From positions 1-31,784 of the forward strand of contig JBGQEL010000043.1 of assembly GCA_041496385.1 (NCBI GenBank): a DNA stretch of 31,784 nt, written 5' to 3'. The notes beneath the pieces were generated by a model. That model searched no databases and was not told where the DNA came from. It saw only the letters and a list, made by a program, of their open reading frames with translations. Positions 17,411-27,065 of this stretch are shown one piece after another. How positions within the stretch are numbered: the stretch's first letter is position 1; the number at the start of each line of letters is the position of its first letter. The translations under genes were made by a program, and so were the position numbers. Source of the stretch: Candidatus Methylomirabilia bacterium (GTDB taxonomy: Bacteria > Methylomirabilota > Methylomirabilia > Rokubacteriales > CSP1-6).

Positions 17411-18880
17411 ATGGCCCGCCGCCGGATTGTCGTGGCGATGATGATGCACGAGACCAACACCTTCTCGCCCGTCCCGACGCCGCTCGCCGCCTTCCGGCCG
17501 CTCGCGGGCGACGCGGCCGTGCAGGAGTTCAAGGACACCAACACCCAGCTCGGCGGGTTCCTCCACGTCGCCCACGAGATCGACGCCGAGGTCGTCCTGC
17601 CGCTCGCCGCGGGCGCCCACCCGTCGGGCTACGTCGAGAAGGCCGCGTACGAGGACATGTGCGACGCGATCGTCGGCGCGATCCGGAACGGCTGCGACGC
17701 GGCGTTCCTGGCGCTCCACGGCGCCATGGTCGCCGAGCATGTGGACGACGGCGAGGGCGAGCTGCTGCGGCGCATCCGCGCGGTGGCGCCACGGCTGCCG
17801 ATCGCCGTCGGGCTGGATTTCCACTCGCACATGACGGCGCCGATGATCGAGCACGCGACGGTCGTCACCGGGTACCGCACCTACCCCCATGTGGACATGG
17901 GCGAGACCGCCCAGCGCGCGGCGCGCACGCTCGCGCGCGCGCTCCGCGGCGAGGTCACGCCCGTGATGGTCTGGGGCTCGCGCCCGATGATGACCAGCAC
18001 GCTCGTCCACACGCCCTCCCGCCAGCCCATGAAGGACGTCATGGACATGGCGATCGCGGCCGAGGCCGGCGGCGCCGTGCTCAACGCCTCCGTGTTCGGC
18101 GGCTTCCCGCACGCCGACGTCCCGCATCTGTCCTGCTCGGCCGTGATCGTCTGCGACCGGCGTGCCGAGGCGGGCCGGGCCCTGCTCGACCGGCTGCTCG
18201 GCCTGGCCTGGGAGCGCCGCGGGGACTTCCTATATAAAGGAAGCCCCCTGGCCGCCCAGATCGCGCACGCCCGGACGCTCGGCGACGGTCCGATCATCCT
18301 GGTGGACCACGGCGACAATACAGCGTCCGGCGGGACGCAGGACGTCATGCGCGTGATCGCGGAGGCCATGACGCAGGGCCTCGAGGACGTCGTGGCGGGG
18401 CCGATCTGCGATCCCGCGAGCGTCCGGCGGATCGTGGAGGCCGGGACCGCGGCCAGCGTCACGCTGCCGCTGGGCGGGAAGATCGACATGCCGCAGATCA
18501 ACCTCGCCGGCAAGCCGCTCACCGTCAGCGGCAAGATCACGCGGATCACGGAGGGCGAGTTCGTGGTGACGGGGCCGATGGCCACCGGCACGCGCGTGCG
18601 GATGGGGCGCACGGCCGTGCTCGACACCGGGCGCATCCAGATTGTCGTCTCCGAGCGGCGCAGCGAGCCGTTCGACCTCGGCGTGTTCACCCACTGCGGC
18701 ATCGAGCCGCGCCGCAAGAAGTACGTCCTGATCAAGTCGCGCCAGCACTTCCGCGCCGGCTTCGAGCCGATCGCCCGGCACATCGTGCTGTGCGACGGCG
18801 ACGGCTGCACCAGCTCCGACCTCCGGCTCTTCAGCTACACGAAGCGGCGCCGGCCACTCTACCCGTTCGAGGCCGACTGA
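17411..18880 (+). CDS. M81 family metallopeptidase (MlrC-like)
   Basis: MMHETNTFSP, LALHGAMV, DGEGELL, LDFHSH, YRTYPHVD, DNTASGG, IKSRQHFRAGF, RRPLYP. Confidence 0.92.
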   Translation: MARRRIVVAMMMHETNTFSPVPTPLAAFRPLAGDAAVQEFKDTNTQLGGFLHVAHEIDAEVVLPLAAGAHPSGYVEKAAYEDMCDAIVGAIRNGCDAAFLALHGAMVAEHVDDGEGELLRRIRAVAPRLPIAVGLDFHSHMTAPMIEHATVVTGYRTYPHVDMGETAQRAARTLARALRGEVTPVMVWGSRPMMTSTLVHTPSRQPMKDVMDMAIAAEAGGAVLNASVFGGFPHADVPHLSCSAVIVCDRRAEAGRALLDRLLGLAWERRGDFLYKGSPLAAQIAHARTLGDGPIILVDHGDNTASGGTQDVMRVIAEAMTQGLEDVVAGPICDPASVRRIVEAGTAASVTLPLGGKIDMPQINLAGKPLTVSGKITRITEGEFVVTGPMATGTRVRMGRTAVLDTGRIQIVVSERRSEPFDLGVFTHCGIEPRRKKYVLIKSRQHFRAGFEPIARHIVLCDGDGCTSSDLRLFSYTKRRRPLYPFEAD

Positions 18881-20018
18881 GCGCCCACGCACTCAGGAGC
18901 AGCACGACGCAGGCGGCCACCAGCGCCTGCGAGAAGTCGGCGTCCCCGCGGCCCAGGTAGCTGAGTGCGCCGGGACCCACGATCTGCCCGACCGCGAAGG
19001 CCGAGGCCATCGCGGCGATCATCGTCCTGGCGTGCGCGCCCCCGACCTCGCGCCCCTCCTGGAATCCCGCCATCGTGATCACCGTGAAGGTCGCGCCGAC
19101 CAGCAGTGCGGTGAGCATGATCGCGACGATCCCCGGCCAGAGCACGGGCAGCACGACGCCGAGCGCCATGACCCCGTGGCCGAGTCTCCAGAGGCGCCGG
19201 TTCCCGAGGAGCCGCACGAACGCGGCGGCGGCGAACGTGGAGCCGGCCGCGGCGGCGCCGAGGACCGGCCAGGACCAGCCGAAGATCATGGGATCCTGGA
19301 CGACCCGCCGCGCCATGACGGGCAGAAACGTCGCAGGGATGATGTAGCCGAACCCGAAGGCGCCGTAGCAGATCACGAGGCGCACGGAGTCCGCGTCCCA
19401 GCGGTGCGCGCGTCCGGCGGCGCCGCGGCTCTCCTCCGATCGGGTGGCACCGTCAGCGCCGAAGGCGGGCCAGACGAGAGCGCTCGCGGCGAGCGACAGC
19501 ACCCCGAGGATCATCCACGCCCCGCCGGAGCTCACGCTCGAGTGCATGAGCACGAGACACACGGCGCCCGCCCCCGCGATGCCGACGCCGTAGCCCGCGA
19601 ACACCGTGCTGTTCAGCAGCGGGCGCCGGAACGGCGCGAGTCGCTCGAGCGACCATGCCGACGCGAAGGGCAGAACCCATCCGGTCGCGATGCCGGCGAG
19701 CGCCCGCAGCGCGATCTACGCGAGCAGCCGGTGCTCGAGCGCCATCGCGCAGGTCGCGATCCCGATCGTGAGGAGGCCGGCTCGGATCGCCGCCGGCGCA
19801 GGGACGCGCACGGTCATCGCCAGCAGGGCGCCGCCGAGCGTGCCGAGGTAGTTCGCCGAGGCGAGCCACCCGCCGGCGATGACCGACAGTCCCGCGTCCA
19901 TCTGCATCATGGGCAGGATCGGCGTGAACGCGAACCGCCCGACGCCCATCGGAATCGCGAGCGCGGCCATCCCGGCCAGCGCCGTCACCACGGGCGAGCG
20001 CGCACCAGCCTGTCGCAT
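18831..20018 (-). pseudogene. YbfB/YjiJ family MFS transporter with an in-frame nonsense TAG at 19716-19718
   Basis: MGVGRFAFTPILPMM and LASANYLG N-terminus, YGAFGFGYIIPATFLP C-terminal half; both halves share one frame, joined by LLA-TAG-IALRALAG (TGG to TAG likely). Confidence 0.85.
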
Positions 20019-20599
20019 CGCGCGCAGCGTAGGCGCCGGAGCGTATCGGCCACAAGATCCACTTCCTCCCGGATCAGCCGAACATTGGGCGATGTCGCAG
20101 GGGCTCAAGTCGGCGCACATTGGCCTGGTGGTACGCCTGAATTCGGCGGCACCTCGTCGTTCGTCAACCTGCGGAAGAAGCGTTTGTCGCAGAACCCGGT
20201 TTGTCGTTCTTCTTGCTCTCTAGGATCGGCAATTTATGGGGATGCTCCCAGACACGAGAAGTGAACGTTCGGAGTGAGCACCTACGCCGAGACGGCTCGA
20301 ACCCGTATTTGAGTCGCGACCAAGGCTCCGCGAGGAGTCGCCGCACGTTGCCCCCTGTCTGGTTCCGAGAAACTCGACACGACCAAACACGAGACGCGAG
20401 CCGGACGCGTTCAGCTCAATCCTCAGAGGTGTCACAATTGGAAATGAGCTCCGCGCTAGGACGGCGTCGGAGGAAGCTCTCCACTCGCCTGGAGTTCTCC
20501 CACCCATGCATCCAGACTTTTCTTGATCCGAGGGTGTGGCGAGTTCGGATGCGAATAGTGCTGCCACAGCGCCTCCCCTCCGGAGCGCGGCATCGCCAC

Positions 20600-22171
20600 T
20601 TAGTGGTCCAAGATACTCACCAGCGAGCCACCGCCCCCGAGGGCAATCTGCTCTAGATTCTCGAGGTCCTCGGTCCCGCAAACGACAAGATTCGTCAATG
20701 CCCCAGGTGACTTGATGCGCATCTCGCCCTTTAACACCCTCATCCGGTGATTCAGCCAAAGAGTAGCGGGCGGAAACCTCAGCGCTCGCTCCGCCGTCAC
20801 CAGTACAGGAATGACCCGACGAATTTTAGAGAGATCGATACCTCGAACGTGTCGGCCCACTTTGCGTTGGGATTCCAACCACGCTACCGCTTCAAGAAGC
20901 TGGACTACTGCCTTTCGGCCCTTCTCGCCGCGCACGAACTTCCTTTCAATGTCGCCTCTGACATCGTCCACGCTTCCGGCCCCCAGAAGGCGCTGACTAA
21001 GGAGTGAGCCTTTTGTCTCAACTACGACTAGAAGGTGCCCAGCATGGATCAACCCGTCGATTTGGCCGCCATCGCCATCGGACCATGTAACGTCTGGCTC
21101 ATATTTCCCGCCTAGAGTTGATCCAAGAACCTCGAAGATAGTCCGGACGTATCGCTCATAGAGGACCCCAAAGTCGTCTGTCCACGGGCGCTTCGCCCGG
21201 ACACCGACTTCCGAAGAGGCGAGCCACAAGAGATCGACACCGCCCTTCTCAGCCGCGAATTGAGGACAGATGAATGCGAAGTGATCAGCATCGGATCGAA
21301 GCAGCGGTCGGTTTCGAAAGGGAATCATTTCGTGAAATGACATGCCTCCACAGGCGTCGAAGGCCCGGACGATTTCGTCGGTAGACATCGACACCCTGTT
21401 CAGGAAGATTCGCTGGTGCTCTATTGGGATGGTGCTTCCCGTGAGCCAATGATGTAGATCGATCGTCGCGGCGTCAGGGTTGTTAGGATACTCGTCCATT
21501 CTGCCGCACCACCAATACGCCAAAAATGCGGTGAGATTGAAAGCCGTTGCGAAGTCCAGACCGACACTGTCCGCCAGGAGGCGCTTGATGCGATTGGCCG
21601 CGTCCGCCTCAGCAGCCCCGGCCCTCGGCACATCCGACAGGATCAGGGATCTGAGACGGGCTACGGAATGGTTCGGGCTTGAAGGGTTTGCCAGTTCCCA
21701 TCGGGCTGCTTCCTCCGAGAACAGGCGCAGGGCCAACTCGGGACGAGAAAGGCGATCCGAAAACTCGGCCTTCGTCATCAAGTCATTGACCTGTAGCGAA
21801 GCGAGGGCCCAACGTCGACTCTTCTCTTCGTTCGTCAGGCCCTCGTCGCCTTTGACCTCGCAGAAGCGAGCGGCTGCGTGCACGAGCATCAGCTGCTGAA
21901 ACGGATGGAAGAGTCGAACCTCAGCGGCTTCCAGCTCGCTGATTCGCGAAGCACAAAGTTGAGCTTCGGCTGGCAGCCAGCGAGTTAGATCCGCCTGATC
22001 ATCTTTCAGGTGCCGGTCAAATGCCAGCGAATTGAGCATTCGCGTGCAATGCTTCACGAATTCGTGCCGACCGATCGGTTTGATGGTCTCTGCGACGTCC
22101 GCCGCGGTCGCCTTTGAACGAAGAAGTTGCTCGGCCCCCAGAGTGAGCCTGACTCTGACCCCATCTGCCAC
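20600..22171 (-). CDS. Hypothetical 523-aa protein with C-terminal PD-(D/E)xK nuclease-like motif; candidate defence protein
   Basis: Long ORF in visibly lower-GC DNA; DFGVLYERYV...GGQIDGLIHAGHLLVVVETKGS...QL fits the restriction endonuclease/NERD-like E...D-x(n)-E-x-K pattern. Confidence 0.7.
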   Translation of the reverse strand: MADGVRVRLTLGAEQLLRSKATAADVAETIKPIGRHEFVKHCTRMLNSLAFDRHLKDDQADLTRWLPAEAQLCASRISELEAAEVRLFHPFQQLMLVHAAARFCEVKGDEGLTNEEKSRRWALASLQVNDLMTKAEFSDRLSRPELALRLFSEEAARWELANPSSPNHSVARLRSLILSDVPRAGAAEADAANRIKRLLADSVGLDFATAFNLTAFLAYWWCGRMDEYPNNPDAATIDLHHWLTGSTIPIEHQRIFLNRVSMSTDEIVRAFDACGGMSFHEMIPFRNRPLLRSDADHFAFICPQFAAEKGGVDLLWLASSEVGVRAKRPWTDDFGVLYERYVRTIFEVLGSTLGGKYEPDVTWSDGDGGQIDGLIHAGHLLVVVETKGSLLSQRLLGAGSVDDVRGDIERKFVRGEKGRKAVVQLLEAVAWLESQRKVGRHVRGIDLSKIRRVIPVLVTAERALRFPPATLWLNHRMRVLKGEMRIKSPGALTNLVVCGTEDLENLEQIALGGGGSLVSILDH

Positions 22172-22323
22172 TCAGCACCTCAAAGGTAGGTACAGTGGCT
22201 TCGTATCAATCTCTATCCTCGCGTAGCCAGAGGAGCGAGAGAGCAACGTCGAGGCGGTGTGACATCTGCTCTTCCGCCATGTATCTAGGCTGTTGTTCGG
22301 CAATCGATATCAACAAATGGGAT

Positions 22324-22620
22324 CTAGACAAGCTCAAGCTTGACCTGACGGCCGATCGCGCGCGCCGCGCGGGTGAGTGTTTCCAGAGTCACCGAGTCGC
22401 TGTCCGGGTCGAGGAGTCTGTCAAGCTGGCTCCGGCTGGTCTCCATCCGTCGCGCCATCTCCGCCTTGGTGAGGCGCTGCTTCTTCATCGCCTTCCCGAT
22501 TTGCCAGGCAAGAATCCGCTTGATGGCGACGCTCTGGGTCGCTTCGTAGGTCCCCTCGTCTTTCAAAAAGTCATCGAAGGCTGAGCCGATGCCGGCCTTC
22601 TTCGTCGTGCGCTTCCTCAT
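22324..22620 (-). CDS. XRE/HTH antitoxin (HigA-like)
   Basis: GSAFDDFLKDEG...AIKRILAWQI...LTKAEMARRMETSRSQLDRLLDP...VTLETL; ATG overlaps the toxin stop. Confidence 0.9.
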   Translation of the reverse strand: MRKRTTKKAGIGSAFDDFLKDEGTYEATQSVAIKRILAWQIGKAMKKQRLTKAEMARRMETSRSQLDRLLDPDSDSVTLETLTRAARAIGRQVKLELV

Positions 22621-22967
22621 TGCTCGATCTCCTTCATGCGTCTGCGGGCCAGGGCCAGGTCCTCGTTCGGGATCTTCTGCGTCTTCTTCACGAATCCGTG
22701 CAGCAGCACCATGCGCCCTTGCGCGATGCAGAAGATCACGCGGGCAATGCGGTTGCCGGGAAGGGTGCTGCGAACCTCCCAGAGGCCCTGCCCCAGCGGC
22801 CGGCACACCGGCATTCCGACGGGCCACCCGTACTCGACAGTGGCGATGTCCTGGCCGATCTCGCGGCGCTCCTCGGGCGACAGGCCTTTGAGCCAGTCGC
22901 GAACCGGCTCGGCGCCGGCCGCCGTCCGATAGAACGCCGCGGCGATCTTCTTCAGGGCTTGTCCAAT
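22617..22967 (-). CDS. RelE/ParE superfamily toxin (HigB / Gp49-like); probable start at non-canonical ATT 22967
   Basis: FYRTAAGAEPVRDWLKGL...GWPVGMPVCRPLGQGLWEVRS...RVIF...LLHGFVKKTQK; toxin-first gene order. Confidence 0.88.
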   Translation of the reverse strand: MGQALKKIAAAFYRTAAGAEPVRDWLKGLSPEERREIGQDIATVEYGWPVGMPVCRPLGQGLWEVRSTLPGNRIARVIFCIAQGRMVLLHGFVKKTQKIPNEDLALARRRMKEIEQ

Positions 22968-22972
22968 AGCGT

Positions 22973-23001
22973 AAGGTACCAGAAATGGTACATGTTGTCG
23001 A
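22973..23001 (-). promoter_or_regulatory. TA promoter with palindromic operator
   Basis: -35 TCGACA (22996-23001), 17-nt spacer, -10 TACCTT (22973-22978); operator GTACCA-N4-TGGTAC at 22976-22991 overlaps the spacer and -10. Confidence 0.75.
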
Positions 23002-23286
23002 TGATGAGGATACGCGTGGGCCGAGTATGAGGCTAGTTCGTCTCCTGCAGCCTGGACGCGCTCATAACCTGTGTTTGAGACTCCAGCCTCGCGGACACCG
23101 GGGGGGATTTTCAAGGCTTCGTCGGCCGAGGAGCACGCCTGTTCGCTCGTCCCGCTTGCGCGCGCTAGTAGCGGCGCCGGGCGACGAGCGCCATGAGCGC
23201 GCGCGGCGCCGCTCAGGTAGGCGCGGCAGACGGCGACGCTCGGCGCCCGTTGCCCAGCCCGGGGCGGGGGCCTATGCTGTCGCGGG

Positions 23287-24351
23287 ATGCGATTCGGCTG
23301 GTTGACGCTCGGCCACTCACCGTCGCCCGACGGGGACTACGCCGCGATCCACGAGCAGCTGGCACAGGCCTGCCTCGCGGAGACGGCGGGCTTCGACGGC
23401 GTCTGGCTCACCGAGCACAACTTCACGGGCGAGAGCGTCTACTGCGACCCGATCCCGTTCGCCAGCGTGGTGGCCGCGCGCACGTCGCGGATCCGGATCG
23501 GCTTCGCCGTGATCCAGCTCGCCCTGCGCCACCCGATCCGTCTCGCGACCCAGCTGGCGCTCCTCGATAATCTGTCGGACGGGCGGCTCGACGTCGGAGT
23601 CGGGCACGGGACCAACTACAACGAGTACGAGTTCGTCGGCTACGGCCTGCGCAGCGACGACAGCCGGGCCCGGATGGCCGAGACGCTCGATCTCATGGTC
23701 CGCGTGTGGACCGAGGCGCCGGTCGTTCACGAGGGCAAGTTCTATCAGCTCCGCCTGCCCGAGCTCCGCCCGCGGCCCCGACAGCGGCCGCACCCGCCCA
23801 TCTGGCGCAGCGTGTCGTCCGCCGGCTCGCTGCGCGAGTGCGGCCGGCTGGGCGCGCCCGTCCTCATGGCGCGCATCCCGCTCGCGCGCGTGCCCGAGCG
23901 GCTCGCGCTCTACGAGGCCGGCCTCACCGAGAGCGGCCTGGACGCCGCGGCGCAGCGGCGGCTCCGCGAGGACGCGGCCGTGTGGCGCTTCGTCCACGTC
24001 GCCGAGAGCCAGGGCCAGGCCGAGGACGAGCTCGCCGGGGCGCTGCGGGAGACGCGACGCCACATGGTCCAGGCGCGCGCGACGCACAATCCCGCCGACT
24101 TCCAGGTCGACGCCTCCCGCGTCAACCCGTGGAACGATCCGCGCGTCTCCGACGAGGACGGCGTGCGGTACGCGCTCGCGACGACCGCGCTCTGCGGCAC
24201 CGCGCAGCGGGTCGCCGACCAGGTGGCCGAGATGCGGGACGCAGGCGTGCAGCACGTGCTCTGCCAGATGAGCTGCGGCTATCTGCCGCACGTGAGGGTC
24301 GTCGAATCGACGCGGCGTTTCGGCGAGAAGGTGCTTCCGCGGTTTCGCTGA
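23287..24351 (+). CDS. LLM class flavin-dependent oxidoreductase
   Basis: AETAGFDGVWLTEHNF, RTSRIRIGFAV, LDNLSDGRLDVGVGHG, PRPRQRPHPPIW. Confidence 0.92.
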   Translation: MRFGWLTLGHSPSPDGDYAAIHEQLAQACLAETAGFDGVWLTEHNFTGESVYCDPIPFASVVAARTSRIRIGFAVIQLALRHPIRLATQLALLDNLSDGRLDVGVGHGTNYNEYEFVGYGLRSDDSRARMAETLDLMVRVWTEAPVVHEGKFYQLRLPELRPRPRQRPHPPIWRSVSSAGSLRECGRLGAPVLMARIPLARVPERLALYEAGLTESGLDAAAQRRLREDAAVWRFVHVAESQGQAEDELAGALRETRRHMVQARATHNPADFQVDASRVNPWNDPRVSDEDGVRYALATTALCGTAQRVADQVAEMRDAGVQHVLCQMSCGYLPHVRVVESTRRFGEKVLPRFR

Positions 24352-24388
24352 ACCGACGAGCAGGAACTTCGAGCAAGGGGAGGCAACG

Positions 24389-24790
24389 ATGAGCGCACGG
24401 CGTGCACCGGCAACACCCGCGAAACCCGCGCGGCCCGCGAGCCGTTCGAAGAACGTGGCTGGCAGTCCCTACGGGTACGCGTTCTGGGACTGGGTCGCCC
24501 GGGAAGACCCCGAGTACGTCAAGGCCCGGCAGCCGCTGAGCGAGCTCTCGATCGGCGAGGGCAAGGAGCTCTCGGTCAAGCACCGCGAGATGGTCATCAT
24601 CGGGATCCTCGCCTACCGCGGCCGGCAGGACGGCGTCGTCGCCCACATGCGCCGCGCGATCGAGCACGGCGCGACCAAGCGCGAGCTGCTCGAGGCGATC
24701 CAGTCGGCCGCGGTCCCGGGCGGCGGGCCGACGTTCAGCACGGGCGCGCAGGCGCTGATGCAGCTCGATCGCGACGGCGCATTCCGATGA
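24389..24790 (+). CDS. Carboxymuconolactone decarboxylase (CMD/AhpD-like) family protein
   Basis: LSVKHREMVIIGILA...HMRRAIEHGATKRELLEAI...VPGGGP; RBS GGAGG; no CxxC. Confidence 0.85.
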   Translation: MSARRAPATPAKPARPASRSKNVAGSPYGYAFWDWVAREDPEYVKARQPLSELSIGEGKELSVKHREMVIIGILAYRGRQDGVVAHMRRAIEHGATKRELLEAIQSAAVPGGGPTFSTGAQALMQLDRDGAFR

Positions 24791-24851
24791 GCGCTGCCGT
24801 GAAGGCCCGGGCTCGAGGCGAGAGGACCTCAGGCTGAAGAAGTAGCGGCGC

Positions 24852-27065
24852 TCACGCGAGCGCCTCCTTCACGCGCTCGGGCGTGAACGGCAGGGCGCGC
24901 AGCCGCTTGCCGGTGGCGTGCGCGATCGCGTTCGCGATGGCCGCGGCGGTCGGGCCCTGCGCGCCCTCGCCCACGCCGAGCGAGCGTTCGTCGGGGCGAT
25001 CGAGCAGCTCGACCTCGACCTCGGGCACCTCGGTGAAGCGCACGATCGGATACTCGGCCCACGAGCGGGTCGTCACCCGCGTGCGATCGAAGCGCACCGC
25101 TTCCTTGAGCGTCCAGCTCGTGGACTGGATGACGCCGCCCTCGATCTGGTTGACCACGCCGTCGGGGTTCACGACCTGGCCGACGTCGACCGCCGCGACG
25201 ACGCGCGCGACGCGCACCCGTCCGGTGGCGCGATCGACCTCGACGTCGGCGACCGCCGCGCAATAGCAGGCGAGGTTCTTGTATCGGGCGAATCCGACGC
25301 CCCGGCCGCTGCCGCCGTCGCCCCGCGCCTGAGGCCGCCAGCCGGCGCGCAGCGCGGCGGCCTCGATGACGGCGCGCGCCCGCGGATCCTTGAGGTGGCG
25401 CAAACGGAACTCGACCGGGTCGGCGGCCGCCGCGGCGGCCAGCTCGTCCACGAACGACTCGAGCGCGAAGACGTTGGCGTAGGCGCCGAGCGTGCGGAGC
25501 GCCGAGGTGCGCAGCGGCGATTCCGGGATGAAGTGCTTGACGATCTTCACGCTGGGAAAGTCGTAGAGCGGGATCGCGTTGCGGTCCGAGCCGCCGCTCG
25601 GCTGCGGCACGTCGGCGGGCGGCACCGGCGGGAACGGCGTCGCCAGGTGGCGCGCCGCCAGGAGGTTCACGCCCGCCGAGGAGCCGGGCCGCGTGCTGTG
25701 CGGGTGGCTCCAGAGCTCGTGCGACCAGGCGACGACGTTGCCCTGCGCGTCCAGGCCGCCCGACAGCTTCATCACCATGGCCGAGCCGTAGGGCTCCCAC
25801 ATGAACTCGTCGTCGCGCATCCAGGCGAGCTTCACCGGGCGGCCGCCCGTGGCACGCGCCAGCAGCGCCGCGTCGAGCGCGACGTCGTCGGCGCCGTTGT
25901 GACCGTAGCAGCCCGCTCCCTCCGCATGGATGCAGCGGATGCTCTTCGGCTCGACGCCGAACGTCTTGGCGAGATCCGCCCGCAGCGGGAACACGCCCTG
26001 GCTGTGCGTCCAGACCGTGAGCCTGCCCTCCTGCCATTGCGCGACCGCGCACGAGGGCCCGATCGAGCCGTGGCACTGGTACGGGCGGGTGTAGAGCGCG
26101 TCGAGCGTCTTCACCGCCGCGGCGGCGATCGCCGACGTTTTCTCCGTCACCGTCTGGCCCGGCGCCGGCGCGCTCATCAGGTGCTGGTAGAGCCCGTCGC
26201 CCGAGGGCGGCAGCGATGCGGTCTCCCTCCAGCGCGCGCTCCGCTTCAGCGCCTCGCGCGCGCGGATCGCCTGCTCCTCGCGCGCCGCCGCGACCGCGAG
26301 GAAGCTCCCGTCGCGGACGACCGCGACGACTCCCGGCATGCGGCGGACCGCTTTTTCGTCGACGGACAACAGATGCGCGCCGGGCGAGGGCGGGCGTACC
26401 ACGCGGCCGAACACCATGCCCGGCAGGCGCACGTCCTGCACGTAGGCGGCGCCGCCGGTGAACTTGTTCGGGATGTCGCGGCGCGGGACGCTCTTGCCGA
26501 CCCACGCATGCTCGGACGCCGGCTTGGGCTTCACCGTCGCGGTGGCCTCGCGCTTCAGATCGGCGGCGCCGGCGAGCTCCCAGTACGTGACGCTCGCGCC
26601 GGCCGGTGCGCCCACGGTCCCGTCGCGCACGGTGAGCTCGGCCGCCGGGGCGCCGAGCCTCGCCGCCGCCGCGGCCACGAGGATCTGGCGCGCCTCGGCG
26701 CAGGCGAAGCGCAGCGCCGTCCCGCTCTGCTCCACCGAGAGGCTGCCGGCCGTGAAGCCCTCGTTGGGCGTGCGCGCGGTGTCGCCGCTCACGACCTCGA
26801 TCCGTCGGAGATCCACGTCCAGCTCGTCGGCGGCGATCTGCGACAGCGCGGTTCCGATGCCCTGGCCGAGCTCGATCTTGCCCGTGAAGATCGTCACGGT
26901 GCCGTTCGGATCGACACGCAGCCAGGCGTCGAGCATGCGGTTGCCGTTGAGGCTCCCCGGCAGCGCGGCGGGCCGCGTCTGCGTGAGGCCGAGGCGCGGC
27001 GCGAGCGCCCAGCCGATGACGAGCGCGCCGCCCGCCTTGAGAAACGCGCGACGCGAGGCGCTCAT
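24852..27065 (-). CDS. Xanthine dehydrogenase family molybdopterin-binding subunit (IorB/NicB-like) with Tat signal
   Basis: MSASRRAFLK twin-arginine signal; GKIELGQGI, GAGCYGHNGADD, SALRTLGAYANVFALESFVDELA, VVNQIEGG, GVGEGAQGP. Confidence 0.92.
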   Translation of the reverse strand: MSASRRAFLKAGGALVIGWALAPRLGLTQTRPAALPGSLNGNRMLDAWLRVDPNGTVTIFTGKIELGQGIGTALSQIAADELDVDLRRIEVVSGDTARTPNEGFTAGSLSVEQSGTALRFACAEARQILVAAAAARLGAPAAELTVRDGTVGAPAGASVTYWELAGAADLKREATATVKPKPASEHAWVGKSVPRRDIPNKFTGGAAYVQDVRLPGMVFGRVVRPPSPGAHLLSVDEKAVRRMPGVVAVVRDGSFLAVAAAREEQAIRAREALKRSARWRETASLPPSGDGLYQHLMSAPAPGQTVTEKTSAIAAAAVKTLDALYTRPYQCHGSIGPSCAVAQWQEGRLTVWTHSQGVFPLRADLAKTFGVEPKSIRCIHAEGAGCYGHNGADDVALDAALLARATGGRPVKLAWMRDDEFMWEPYGSAMVMKLSGGLDAQGNVVAWSHELWSHPHSTRPGSSAGVNLLAARHLATPFPPVPPADVPQPSGGSDRNAIPLYDFPSVKIVKHFIPESPLRTSALRTLGAYANVFALESFVDELAAAAAADPVEFRLRHLKDPRARAVIEAAALRAGWRPQARGDGGSGRGVGFARYKNLACYCAAVADVEVDRATGRVRVARVVAAVDVGQVVNPDGVVNQIEGGVIQSTSWTLKEAVRFDRTRVTTRSWAEYPIVRFTEVPEVEVELLDRPDERSLGVGEGAQGPTAAAIANAIAHATGKRLRALPFTPERVKEALA

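Noticed and set aside
17411..18880. Microcystin degradation pathway
   Set aside because: M81/MlrC homologs are widespread, and mlrA, mlrB and mlrD are absent here.
19716..19718. In-frame TAG in the MFS gene as possible pyrrolysine recoding
   Set aside because: The context LLA-x-IALR fits Trp (TGG to TAG) in a TM helix; no pyl genes or methylamine methyltransferase context. A nonsense mutation is simpler.
224..24851. GTAGCGGCGC(CGG) recurring at ~224, ~23168 and ~24842
   Set aside because: Only 10-13 bp of GC-rich sequence following TAG codons; compatible with chance and not arranged as att sites or an array.
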